Source of the DNA: Candidatus Brocadiia bacterium
GTDB taxonomy: Bacteria; Planctomycetota; Brocadiia; SM23-32
Assembly (NCBI GenBank): GCA_046538485.1
Contig: JBKHIT010000005.1
Coordinates: 1-64,000, forward strand
DNA length: 64,000 nt
Direction: 5' to 3'
Shown here: positions 31,083-40,573 of the stretch, one piece after another
Position numbering within the stretch: the first letter of the stretch is position 1
How the letters are laid out: every line of letters begins with the position of its first letter
The notes under the pieces: model-generated
The model's database searches: none
The model's input: only the letters and a program-made list of their open reading frames with translations
What the model was told of the DNA's origin: nothing
Translations under genes and position numbers: made by a program

Positions 31083-32000
31083 GTGCAGGAACCATTTGTT
31101 CGTAGCCGGGAAAATCCTCTGATTACCGTCACGGATCTCGCTTATCAGGCCAATACGGTGTTCAATGCCGGCGCCGCCGACCTTGGGGACGAGGTGCTTC
31201 TGCTGGTGCGGGTGGAGAGCTGTTCAGGGCGCTCGCACCTGATCGTGGCGCGTAGCGACGATGGCGTAACGAACTGGAGATTCGAGGATCATGCGCTGCT
31301 GCACGCGGCCGAGGGCCGGCCTGAGGAGGAACACGGGGTGGAGGACCCCCGCCTCACGTGGATGGATGATCTGGATGCCTGGATCATCACCTACACGGCA
31401 TACGGTCCGGAGGGGGCCGGTATCGCCCTGGCAAAAACCAGCGATTTTTCCTCCGTGGAAAGGCTGGGGATGATTTTCCCCCCCGAGGATAAGAATGGGG
31501 TTCTTTTCCCTGAGCGCTTCGACGGTTCATACGCCATGCTGCATCGGCCGGGCGGAGGGCGCAGGAGCGTTTGGATGGCCTATTCGCCCGACATGGTGCA
31601 CTGGGGCAATCAGCAGGTCGTGCTGCCGGTGCGGGGCGGCCCCTGGTGGGACGGGGTGCGGGTGGGGGCGGGGATGACCCCGATCAAGACCGAAGACGGC
31701 TGGCTGCTGATCTATCACGGGGTGAAGGAACTGGCCGGGGATCCCATATACCGGCTTGGGGCTGCCCTAACGGATCTGGAGAAGCCCCACCGACTGATGG
31801 CGCGGGCCCGCAGGTGGCTGTTGAGTCCGCAGAGAATGTATGAGAGGTTCGGCGATGCCGGCAACGTCTTGTTCACCTGTGGCGGATTCGTCCGGGGGGA
31901 GGAAGTGTGGTGCTATTACGGCGCCGCCGACTCCTCCATCTGCCTGGCTCGGGCGAAGGTGTCGGACATCCTGAATCTGGTGGAAGAGGAACCGGTGTAG
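31083..32000 (+). CDS. GH130 beta-mannoside phosphorylase/glycosidase
   Basis: ENPLI..VFNAGA, GVEDPRLT, EDKNGVLFPE, MLHRP, IYHGV, YYGAADS. AGGAG RBS with GTG start. Confidence 0.9.
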   Translation: MQEPFVRSRENPLITVTDLAYQANTVFNAGAADLGDEVLLLVRVESCSGRSHLIVARSDDGVTNWRFEDHALLHAAEGRPEEEHGVEDPRLTWMDDLDAWIITYTAYGPEGAGIALAKTSDFSSVERLGMIFPPEDKNGVLFPERFDGSYAMLHRPGGGRRSVWMAYSPDMVHWGNQQVVLPVRGGPWWDGVRVGAGMTPIKTEDGWLLIYHGVKELAGDPIYRLGAALTDLEKPHRLMARARRWLLSPQRMYERFGDAGNVLFTCGGFVRGEEVWCYYGAADSSICLARAKVSDILNLVEEEPV

Positions 32001-32209
32001 GTTGCCCGGCGGCCTTTCGGTCTTCAGCCGCATTCTACAGTGCCTCGCACGCCGGGTGGCAACTCTTTGTTTCCGGGCTCGGCCATCCCCATAATCCTGC
32101 GTCCGCTTCGTTGCATTAGCATCTCTGGGAGTTGAACCGCACGCACGCTCCGCCGGGTTAGTTTTTCGCTTTGCGGCATCCCGGCGGACCCGTGGAAAGG
32201 AGGCGAACC

Positions 32210-33559
32210 ATGCAAGATCGCGTTGCTGTCCCCAATCTCGCCGCGTTCTATGCGTCCGAGGATCAGGACGCCCTGATGGAGGCTCTCGAGAGCGTCCATC
32301 CCGGTACGGCCGCCGAGTTTTTCAGCAAGCTGCCGCCTTCGGAGATCTGGTCGCTGCTCAACGGGCTGGATCCGAAACGGGCAGCGAAGATTTTCCGCGC
32401 CCTGGAGGGCGAGTTCCAGGCGGACCTGGTAACCCGGGAGAGCCGGGAAAACATCGGGCGGCTGGTTACCGAACTGCCCGCTGACGACCGGGCGGATCTG
32501 GTGAAGGCGATGGACGAGGACGTGCGCGAGGAAGTACTGGCGCTGCTGGCCCGGGCCGAGCGCGATGATATCCGGCGCCTCACTTCCTACGAGGAGGAAA
32601 CCGCCGGGGCGCTGATGACCACCGACTATGCCGCACTGCCCGAGGATATATCGGTGCAGGATGCGCTGGAGCGGTTGCGCCTGGAAGCGCCGGACAAAGA
32701 AACGATCTACTACGTGTATCTGCTCGACGCGAACCGCCGGCTGACCGGTCTGGTCTCGCTGAAAGACCTCATCCTGGCAAGGCCGAAAACCCGAGTCCTG
32801 GGCGATTTCGCCCACCGGGACGTCATATCCGTGGGCGTGAACGAGGACCAGGAAGAGGTTGCCCATATCCTCTCGGAGTATGACTTTCTGGCCATACCCG
32901 TCGTTGACACCCAACAGCGCCTGGTCGGCATCGTAACCTTCGATGACCTGATGGACGTGATCGAGGAGGAGGCCGAGGAGGACCTCTACCACATAGCGAA
33001 CGTCAACAGGGAGGAGAGGGTGGACACCTCGACGCTGGGCTCGGTGAGGCTGCGGTGGCCATGGCTGGTCATCAACCTCGGAACGGTCATCCTGGCAGCC
33101 CTTACCGTGAGCCTGTTCGAGCATTCCATCGCGCAACTCACCGCCCTGGCGGTCATGATGCCCATTATCGCGGGAATGGGCGGTAATGCGGGAACTCAGA
33201 CGATGGCCGTGGTGGTGAGGGGGATTGCTCTGGGAGACCTCACGCTCCGCAACTCCTACAGTGTCCTGCTGAAAGAAATCGGCGTCGGCCTTGCCAACGG
33301 GGCCATAAACGGGGTGCTGATGGGGTGCGTCGCCCTGGCCTGGTACGGAAACGCCTGGCTGGGGGCGATCATGTTCGTGTCCATGATCGCCAATCTGGTG
33401 CTTGCCGGACTGGTTGGAGCCGGATTCCCCCTGATATTGAAGGCGCTCGGCGCGGACCCGGCGCTGGCCAGCACGATCTTCATCACAACGGCTACCGACA
33501 TTGGAGGCTTCGTGATCTTCCTGGGAATGGCCACCGCGTTTCTTCACCACCTGGTCTGA
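32210..33559 (+). CDS. mgtE: magnesium transporter MgtE
   Basis: Start refined to ATG 32210 (AGGAGG RBS). TAGALMTT CBS pair, GIVTFDD, RWPWL, GMGGNAGTQT, DPALAS..ITTATD. Confidence 0.95.
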   Translation: MQDRVAVPNLAAFYASEDQDALMEALESVHPGTAAEFFSKLPPSEIWSLLNGLDPKRAAKIFRALEGEFQADLVTRESRENIGRLVTELPADDRADLVKAMDEDVREEVLALLARAERDDIRRLTSYEEETAGALMTTDYAALPEDISVQDALERLRLEAPDKETIYYVYLLDANRRLTGLVSLKDLILARPKTRVLGDFAHRDVISVGVNEDQEEVAHILSEYDFLAIPVVDTQQRLVGIVTFDDLMDVIEEEAEEDLYHIANVNREERVDTSTLGSVRLRWPWLVINLGTVILAALTVSLFEHSIAQLTALAVMMPIIAGMGGNAGTQTMAVVVRGIALGDLTLRNSYSVLLKEIGVGLANGAINGVLMGCVALAWYGNAWLGAIMFVSMIANLVLAGLVGAGFPLILKALGADPALASTIFITTATDIGGFVIFLGMATAFLHHLV

Positions 33560-33764
33560 GGTGCCCGACGTTTTCGCGGCGCCAGACCGCCCTTCTCCTC
33601 GCAGGTTGTGGTCGGGCTTCTCCCGGCCTCCTGGTTGAAAGGCGCGCGCAGTTGTCCCTCGACATTCTGACGGCCAATGGAGCAAACGCGTTGACTTGGA
33701 CATGCCTTTCGTTTACCGTGTACTCGTTGTGGAAGGCGACTTCAATTGATGGGAAAGGATAGCG

Positions 33765-33986
33765 ATGAATAAGAAGGGAATGGCATCTAACGGCCAGATC
33801 CGACTGCTGCTTTTGATCATCGTCGGGGCAGCCGTGCTGATCCTGGCTTTTCAGAACCACGAATCGGTTGAGACCCGATTTCTGATGTTTCGGGCCACCA
33901 TGCCCCGCTTCGCGTTGCTGTTGTTGACGGCCGGATGCGGTTTCCTCGGCGGATACCTTCTCGGCTCGCACAGACGGCGCGATTGA
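33765..33986 (+). CDS. LapA/DUF1049-like small membrane protein
   Basis: TM-FQNHESVETRFLM-P-TM(GFLGGYLLG)-basic tail. Upstream TTGACT-N17-TACCGT. Confidence 0.75.
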   Translation: MNKKGMASNGQIRLLLLIIVGAAVLILAFQNHESVETRFLMFRATMPRFALLLLTAGCGFLGGYLLGSHRRRD

Positions 33987-34147
33987 ACTAAGTCGCTGCG
34001 CTCCAGTGCCCACATCCCTGAGTTTTCTCCACTCCTACCCCCTTCTCGCCCATGGGTGCCTCACCCCCGCCGTCGCTGCCCGCTGTCCTCTGACTTCTGT
34101 AGCTCTGATCTCTGGCGTTTGCTCTGGTCCGACCCCTATATTTCTCC

Positions 34148-35962
34148 CTACGGGAGGTAGAAAAAATAGATAAAGGACACGGAAACCACCAGGAAGAGCA
34201 CCGAAAGCCCGCTCCCCGCTTTCAGGTAATCTTTGACCTTGTATCCGCCGGGCGTCATCAGCAAGGCGTTGACGTGATGGGTGGGAATGATAAAGGAATT
34301 GGCCGCGCAAACACCGACCAGCAGGACGATGGCCCGGGGGTCAAGGTGTAAGTCCGTAGCAATTTCCAGAACGATCGGAACCAGCAGGACCGTGGCGGCC
34401 ACATTGGACATGAACAGGGAAAAAATCGTCGTGAGAGCGCCGATCGCCAGGAGGATGATAAAGGTCGATGATCCGCTCATCAGGCTCATAATATTTTCGG
34501 CGAGGTAGGTGGCAGTGCCGGTTTCCTTCATCGCAATTCCGATGGGAAGCAAGCCAGAGATCAGAAACACGACCTTCCACTCCACCGCCCGGTAAGCGTC
34601 CTCAATACTCAATACACCTGTGAGTATCATGGCAAACGCTCCCGTGAGGAAGCCGATGGAAATGGGTACACCGAGGAGGAAAACCGAAGCGATGGCCCCC
34701 ACAAAACAACACACTGACAGCACGGCCTTCTCCGTCTTTTTTTCCGCGACTTCCTGCTCCACGGGAAAGGGCGTTACGGCGATGTAATCCTGGCTCTCCT
34801 TGAAGAATTTCAGGTTCTCCCACTTCCCCTGAAGAATGAAGGTGTCACCGGCCTGAATCTTTCGGTCCGCGATGCCCTCTTCCACGACCTCCCTGCCGCT
34901 GAAGTATCGCACGACCTGAGCCTGGTACGTCTCCCGTAAAGCAAGATCCCGAATTGACTTCCCCACCAGCTTGGAACGCATGGGGATCACGACCTCAATG
35001 TAGCCACGCTCATCATCATCCTGCAAGTTCATCTCCTGTTCGTGCAGGTCGAGGTCTTTGTCTTCGGCAAACCGCCGAATATCCTCCTCCAGTCCCTGCA
35101 CAACGATTCGCTGATCCTGTTCGAACTCAACGTCCTGCCAGATGTCAAAATCAGAGCCTTCCCTTTCCCCGATCCCCATGAGAATGAGGTTGTATTCCTG
35201 ACTAATACCCGATTCTTTAAGGCTCCGCCCAATCAGGGAACTCCCCTCCCCGATTCGAAACGTGTAGATCGTATCGGACAGCCCCCAGATATTGATCAGG
35301 GTCTCCGCGGGTTCCTCCGACTCTTCATGGCCCTCTTCACTTACTCCCGGGCCCGACGGAAAGATCATATTGCCGAACAGAAAAAAGAAGAGGATTCCCG
35401 ACAGCAGCAGAGTGATTCCGATGGGGGTCACGCTGAACAGGTTAAAGGTCTCACGTCCGCCCGCTTCCAATAGATCGTTCAGGACAATCAGCGAACTGGT
35501 CCCCACCATCGTCAGCGTGCCGCCCAGGAGAGCGGCAAACCCCATAGGCATCAATAAACTCGCTACGGGAATCTTTTCCCGCTTGGATATTCCCACCATC
35601 ACGGGCAGAAACAGGGCGGCCGCCCCAATGTTCTGCATGAATCCCGACATAATCCCCACGGTCAGGGAAATGGTCCCCACGATGCGACGCCGGGCCGTCC
35701 CCGCGATGCTCAGGATGAAACTCGAGATATGATAGGTTATTCCGGACTTAAACAGCCCCCGCCCCAGGATCATAACGGCGATGATGGCAATAACAGCGTT
35801 GCTGGAAAATCCGGAGAGGGCCTGGGCCGGTTCGATTGTGTTCAGCCATACCAGCGATAACAGGGCCAGAATCGCGACGACATCGATTCGTAAAGCTTCG
35901 GTTACGATCAGGAGAACCGTCACAAACAGGACGGCCAGCACCGTCAGTATTTCAGGGGTCAT
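34148..35962 (-). CDS. SLC13/DASS family permease with TrkA-C domains (second paralog)
   Basis: Start refined to MTPEIL. SGFSSNAV, FMQNIGAAALFLP, GGTLTMVGTSS, MSNVAAT, PTHHVNALLMTPGGY. Confidence 0.9.
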   Translation of the reverse strand: MTPEILTVLAVLFVTVLLIVTEALRIDVVAILALLSLVWLNTIEPAQALSGFSSNAVIAIIAVMILGRGLFKSGITYHISSFILSIAGTARRRIVGTISLTVGIMSGFMQNIGAAALFLPVMVGISKREKIPVASLLMPMGFAALLGGTLTMVGTSSLIVLNDLLEAGGRETFNLFSVTPIGITLLLSGILFFFLFGNMIFPSGPGVSEEGHEESEEPAETLINIWGLSDTIYTFRIGEGSSLIGRSLKESGISQEYNLILMGIGEREGSDFDIWQDVEFEQDQRIVVQGLEEDIRRFAEDKDLDLHEQEMNLQDDDERGYIEVVIPMRSKLVGKSIRDLALRETYQAQVVRYFSGREVVEEGIADRKIQAGDTFILQGKWENLKFFKESQDYIAVTPFPVEQEVAEKKTEKAVLSVCCFVGAIASVFLLGVPISIGFLTGAFAMILTGVLSIEDAYRAVEWKVVFLISGLLPIGIAMKETGTATYLAENIMSLMSGSSTFIILLAIGALTTIFSLFMSNVAATVLLVPIVLEIATDLHLDPRAIVLLVGVCAANSFIIPTHHVNALLMTPGGYKVKDYLKAGSGLSVLFLVVSVSFIYFFYLP

Positions 35963-36004
35963 GAATAAAAAACCTCGATGTTGAACCCGTTTTTCGCCAG
36001 CGTT

Positions 36005-36031
36005 CTCAGCGCCGGATATGAGCCGAAGGCA
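36005..36031 (+). repeat. direct repeat, copy 1 (copy 2 at 37576-37602)
   Basis: ctcagcgccggatatg is 16/16 identical, 24/27 with the extension. Confidence 0.7.
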
Positions 36032-36108
36032 CATGAAGGGATCCCCTGCGCAAAAGATCCCAACCGCCGCCTGCCCTTTCCGGTCTCAAAATCACTGTCA
36101 ACTTATAC

Positions 36109-36284
36109 TGTTGTGCTTCAGACGGAATTGGACATTTCCTGTTCGGGAATTAGGTAAGTAGTTTACTCGAAAGGAGTGTCCTATGGCCAAGCGCAGAAAC
36201 TTTTCTGGAAAAAAGAAAGCCGTGATCGTCTGGCTGAGCACCGCGCGGAATAAACCTTATGATTCTGTTTCACTATCCCTGTAG
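36109..36284 (+). pseudogene. IS3-family left end with truncated orfA
   Basis: 5'-TG..ttggaca terminus, AAGGAG RBS, ATG 36183 MAKRRNFSGKKKAVIV (HTH_Tnp_1-like start), stop after 33 aa. Confidence 0.5.
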
Positions 36285-36316
36285 AGTTTTACGGCAAACT
36301 ATCGGTAAAATCCGAG

Positions 36317-37462
36317 CTATCCCACCACAAAATTCAGGTAGTTCTCCCGGTGAATGACTTCATACTTTGCCTCAGGGTACGTCTTCTTCCAACCTGCGGG
36401 TGGTTTCGCTTTTTGGGAAGACCATTTCATCTCGTATGCGTGAAGTTGCCCCCCTGACTCCTCAACCAGATCAATCTCCTGTTGATCATAGGTGCGCCAG
36501 AAGTAGCTGCTGACGTTTCGGTTGGTATAGAAGTTGTGTTTCATCCGCTCGAGCAAGCAGTAGTTTTCCCACAGGGCCCCGACATCATCCCGGAGGGTGA
36601 TGGCGTTGAAATTGTTGATCAGGGCGTTTCTCACGCCGTTATCGTAGAAATAATACCGGCGTTTTTTCGTGATTTCTTTCCGGAGGTTTCGGGAAAAACC
36701 CCGGCGACTGTAAATCACGAAAACCTTCCCCAGGAGATTAAGATATCTGTGGACGGTATTTTTGCTCATACCCAGCTTCTGTCCCAGTTCCGACATCGAG
36801 ATGCTGTGACCTATCTGAAAGCTGAGCATCTGAAGCAAACGGAACAACTTATCGGAATGGCGAATCCCCTCCAGAGTGAGTATGTCCTTCAGAAGATAGG
36901 AATTTACCAGTTCTTTCAGATACCGGGCCCGCTGCCGATCATTGTCCATCAGGACAACTTCAGGGTAACTGCCGTAGATAAGACGGGATTCCAGACGGGC
37001 ACGGGTCTGATGAGGCGCCTCCACCGACCGCAGTTCCATCTGAGATAACGGCAGAAGCAACAGCGTGTATTTTCGACCGGTTAGCGGTTCGCCGGCATCG
37101 ATTGCCAGGTCAAAGGATGATGAGCCGGTGACAATGATTTTCAGTCCGGGGAGGTGGTCCACTAAAAGTTTCAGATTCAGACCGATGTTATTGACATACT
37201 GGGCTTCATCCACGATCAAAACGTCATACCCGGAGGCAAATGCTTTCAGTTTTGTAACGGATTCGCTTTCGAGATAATCCCGCACGTCAATGTCTTCGCC
37301 CGTCACGGATAGAACCTGCTCGTCAATCTTCGACGCATAGTGGTCGACGAGAGTCGTTTTCCCGACCCTGCGCGGCCCGTAGATGCAGAGAACCTTTCCC
37401 GCCTGGATGAGACGGTCAAGATTAGCGAGCTGCGCCTGCGGTATGTATGATCCATAACTCAT
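36317..37462 (-). CDS. AAA_14 ATPase with DUF4143 domain
   Basis: GPRRVGKT Walker A, IVDEAQ Walker B, VTGSS, YGSYPE, YFYDNG, YFWRTYDQQEIDLV..YEMK (PD-(D/E)xK-like). Confidence 0.92.
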   Translation of the reverse strand: MSYGSYIPQAQLANLDRLIQAGKVLCIYGPRRVGKTTLVDHYASKIDEQVLSVTGEDIDVRDYLESESVTKLKAFASGYDVLIVDEAQYVNNIGLNLKLLVDHLPGLKIIVTGSSSFDLAIDAGEPLTGRKYTLLLLPLSQMELRSVEAPHQTRARLESRLIYGSYPEVVLMDNDRQRARYLKELVNSYLLKDILTLEGIRHSDKLFRLLQMLSFQIGHSISMSELGQKLGMSKNTVHRYLNLLGKVFVIYSRRGFSRNLRKEITKKRRYYFYDNGVRNALINNFNAITLRDDVGALWENYCLLERMKHNFYTNRNVSSYFWRTYDQQEIDLVEESGGQLHAYEMKWSSQKAKPPAGWKKTYPEAKYEVIHRENYLNFVVG

Positions 37463-37520
37463 AGTGACTGATTTTAGCTAAATACCGTCACTTTGTCAAC
37501 CGGTTTTAGCTAAATACGGT
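37463..37520 (-). promoter_or_regulatory. sigma70 promoter with twin palindromic operators; near-leaderless transcript
   Basis: TTGACA(37499-37494)-N17-TAAAAT(37476-37471)-8 nt-ATG. Two TTTAGCTAAA-centred palindromes. Confidence 0.75.
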
Positions 37521-37781
37521 CTGGTACCTGACGGTTTTGATGCTCATTGCGTCACTATCGAATATTTTAAGCACCCTCAGCGCCGGATATGTGCGGAGGG
37601 CAAAGGCGGATTACAACCCGGCCAAAACCACTTTCAAAATGTTTTGGACAGCACCGGGTTCGCACCACAAGCGTGGGTTATTGGCAAACACGTCTGTAAC
37701 ACGTAAACGCAACGATTCCATGTAGTTACTGAACAAACGAGTAAAATCCGGCCTGCAAGCGTGAATAGGAGCCATAAAAAT

Positions 37782-37982
37782 AAAGGATAGGGATTTGCTT
37801 TTCTACGCGTCCAAGGATCTTTATAGCATCTCCCTCAGGGCAACGCAAACGGAGCTTCCTGGCGGTCATTCTGTCCCCTTTTGGTTCTGCTGGCGGGCAC
37901 GGTGGCAGACCCTATGGCAATACCTGAGGCGGACAAGTTTTCGGGGGGCGAGAGTCATCCGCTGGCCGTTTGCAGGGGGCCC
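37782..37982. mobile_element. conserved 'right end' R2 with inward sigma70 promoter
   Basis: Homolog of 30069-30261 with the same TTGCGT-N17-TATAAA on the minus strand. Ends ttgcagggggccc. Confidence 0.55.
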
Positions 37983-38104
37983 GGCTAAGTCCGTATATCG
38001 CTCCTTGCTTTCTCGTAGTTCAATGGTCAACCAAACGACCCTTTTGTCCGATCCCTGTACCAGAACCTATTCTGAGGGCTGTGATAAGCATTAGGACTGT
38101 TTCC

Positions 38105-38229
38105 CTCTGCGTCGCCCCCATTCGGGGGCTCTCATATTTGGGGGCACCTCCTGGTCCCGGAGCTTGCGCGCCAGACAGCGGCGCGGCTGGCGCACCGGGC
38201 TACGTCTGCGTCGCCCGCTTCGCGGGCTT
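38105..38229. repeat. REP/BIME-like palindrome cluster
   Basis: tctgcgtcgccc..ttcg.gggct twice, and cgcaccgggctac shared with 41929-41941. Confidence 0.6.
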
Positions 38230-38290
38230 TGGTCGGTCAACCGATAACTCGGTCTTTACTTCCGCAGGTCACACAGTTCCAGATCAAATA

Positions 38291-38581
38291 TCAGTTTTCG
38301 GCACCCTCCACCACGCGCACTTCCTCCTCGGTCAGGCCGTAGAGTCTGTAGACTATCTGGTCTACGAGCCAGTCGGTGGAGGGGAGGGTTTCGACGTCAT
38401 ATTCTCCCGTTTCCGGGTTTCTCTGTGGATACCAGGGGCCGGAGCCTATTCGCTGGAGCACGTCGCGGATGCTTTTGCTCACCGAGAGGCTGGAGAGCTC
38501 GTTGGGGGCGATGCCGCCCTGCATGAACGTCGTCCGCACCTGCTCCCACAGGTCCTGTTTCTCCCGGTGTATCTGTTGCAT
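38291..38581 (-). pseudogene. C-terminal remnant of a type IIG/Eco57I-like restriction-modification protein
   Basis: Ends TDWLVDQIVYRLYGLTEEEVRVVEG, the characteristic C-terminus of this family. No methyltransferase motifs upstream. Confidence 0.65.
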
Positions 38582-38778
38582 GGTTTTTCCATGGAAAACG
38601 GCGTGAAACGGATAGTTGCTGGTGAACGGACAACGAACTGGAGTTAGTTGCTGGTTGACGGGGGACGGACGGAGGACAGAGCTACAGACATCAGAGGGCG
38701 GAAGACAGAAGACAGGATCGACGTACGCGCAAAAAGATTAACGGCCGAATATCCAACATCGAAGTAACGGCCTGCGGA

Positions 38779-38814
38779 CGACAAAGTGCGCGACAAAGTT
38801 TGCGACAGAGTTGA
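38779..38814 (+). repeat. 12-bp tandem repeat x3
   Basis: cgacaaagtgcg/cgacaaagtttg/cgacagagttga. Confidence 0.6.
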
Positions 38815-38918
38815 ACGGATACGGGAGACGGTTATATACCTCTTTCAGGGAAAATTGTCGTGCCAATAAAGATAACTTTTATCGTTTATATTTTTTCTCG
38901 GGATCGACCCCGATCATG

Positions 38919-40367
38919 TCAGCGTGCTTCGGGGTAGGCTGTTCGGAACGCGCAGAGCGACTGGTCATCGGCCTGTTTCATCCACTCGAAAAGTCGCTCG
39001 CGCAGGTTTTGGGCAATGTTCTGATAATCCGGATGCTCGATCAGGTTCTGCGTCTCCCATGGGTCGGCATCCAGGTCATACAGTTGGTCCGGGTGGACCA
39101 GGTTCAAACCGTATTTATACGGTCCGTGCCGCAATGTGCGTATCGTGCATGCCCCGTGGTTGAGGCCATCAAACTCCACCACCACATCGTCCCGCCAATC
39201 CGGCACATCCTCGCCCTGCATGAGCGGAACCAGTGACCGTCCCTGGGCATAATCCCGTTCCCCGTCCTCTCCGGCGAGATCGCAGAATGTGGGCATGAGG
39301 TCGGCCAGGGATGTGAGTTCTTCACGCACGGTTCCCTGCTCCACGCCGGGGCCGCACGCAATCATGGGAATGCGCTGGATTTCCTCGAAATGGTGAAATC
39401 CTTTATCCACGAGCCCGCCGTGCGATCCCAGGGTTTCACCGTGGTCCGCGGCGAACACGATGATCGTGTCATCGGCAATCCCTCTGGCTTCCAGATGATC
39501 CATAAGCCGCCCGATCTGGGCATCGATCATCGTCGTGAAGGCGTAATAGCGTCGCAGGCGGGGCTGCCAGTAGTTATCCCAGTCGTCCGCGCCGGGACCG
39601 CGCTGGATCTTCGCCTGATGGGGTCCGGGGATATCGGTGCTGGGCCATTCGAAATTCGGCCAGGGCGGGAGTTCCATATCACGGTAGATGTCGTTGAGCT
39701 CGCGCGTCGCGCGGTAGGGTCCGTGCGGGCCCCAGAAATTATGCCAGATAAAAAACGGTGCATCATCCTGCTCGTATTGGTCAATCAACGACATCGTGTG
39801 GCTGGCGAGAAAGTAAGGGACCGTGGATTCGACCGGTCCGGTCAGCTCGCCGTCGACGACATTATGTTCCCAGCCGTTATCCTTCAAATACTGCTGGTAT
39901 TCCTCATACTGAAATCCACCGCTGCCGTGTCCCGGGAAATTCTGTCCATCAAACCCAAAATCTCTGGGGAGCGATTCGATGTTGGGCCACGGGGCCTTGA
40001 GTTTACCAAGGCGAATGTTCTCCTCGTCGTAGCCCAGATGCCATTTCCCCGTATAACCCGTGCGATACCCCTGACCCTGCATCCGGCGCGGCAACATCTC
40101 GGGGCCGTTGCGCAGGGTATGGCAGGCGCACGTCATGTTATTCATATTGGCCGTCACGCCGTGTCGCAGTGGCCAGGCGCCGGTCATGACGGTGGCACGA
40201 GCCGGGCTGCAGAGGGGGCAGGTGGTGTAGGCACGTTCAAACCGGGTCCCCTTCGCCGCAAGACGATCGAGATTTGGTGTTCGGCAGGGCGTGTCGCCGT
40301 AGGATCCGATCGCGGACAGGCGATGCTGGTCGGTGAGGATCAGAAGAATGTTGGGCTGTTCGGACAT
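38919..40367 (-). CDS. Cys-type formylglycine sulfatase (S1)
   Basis: Start refined to MSEQPNILLILTDQH (GGAGG RBS). CSPARA, GKWHLG, PHGP, ADHGE, LYDLDADPWE. No signal peptide. Confidence 0.95.
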   Translation of the reverse strand: MSEQPNILLILTDQHRLSAIGSYGDTPCRTPNLDRLAAKGTRFERAYTTCPLCSPARATVMTGAWPLRHGVTANMNNMTCACHTLRNGPEMLPRRMQGQGYRTGYTGKWHLGYDEENIRLGKLKAPWPNIESLPRDFGFDGQNFPGHGSGGFQYEEYQQYLKDNGWEHNVVDGELTGPVESTVPYFLASHTMSLIDQYEQDDAPFFIWHNFWGPHGPYRATRELNDIYRDMELPPWPNFEWPSTDIPGPHQAKIQRGPGADDWDNYWQPRLRRYYAFTTMIDAQIGRLMDHLEARGIADDTIIVFAADHGETLGSHGGLVDKGFHHFEEIQRIPMIACGPGVEQGTVREELTSLADLMPTFCDLAGEDGERDYAQGRSLVPLMQGEDVPDWRDDVVVEFDGLNHGACTIRTLRHGPYKYGLNLVHPDQLYDLDADPWETQNLIEHPDYQNIAQNLRERLFEWMKQADDQSLCAFRTAYPEAR

Positions 40368-40573
40368 GAAGAGTCCTCCTGTGAAAATATGAAAGATGAT
40401 CAGGGTCACCACGCCCCTTGCCCTTGATAGTATGTTATACTTCTACTCCCTATTTCACAAACCTTCAGGGGCAGTGTCAGGGTTTGTGGGGCAAAACAAA
40501 ATGGTGATTTATGTCGTCCGTTTTGCCTGGAGGGGCAAACAGATACGGTCAACTGCCAGATTGGGATCCGGTG

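Noticed and set aside
32024..33703. 559-aa minus-strand ORF
   Set aside because: Antisense shadow of high-GC mgtE.
28541..37982. Integron cassette array interpretation of the L/R repeats
   Set aside because: No intI and no RYYYAAC...GTTRRRY attC structure. Cargo genes are in mixed orientation.
38779..38814. Possible CRISPR array
   Set aside because: Only a 12-bp tandem x3 without spacers, and no cas genes. No regularly spaced repeats anywhere in the window.
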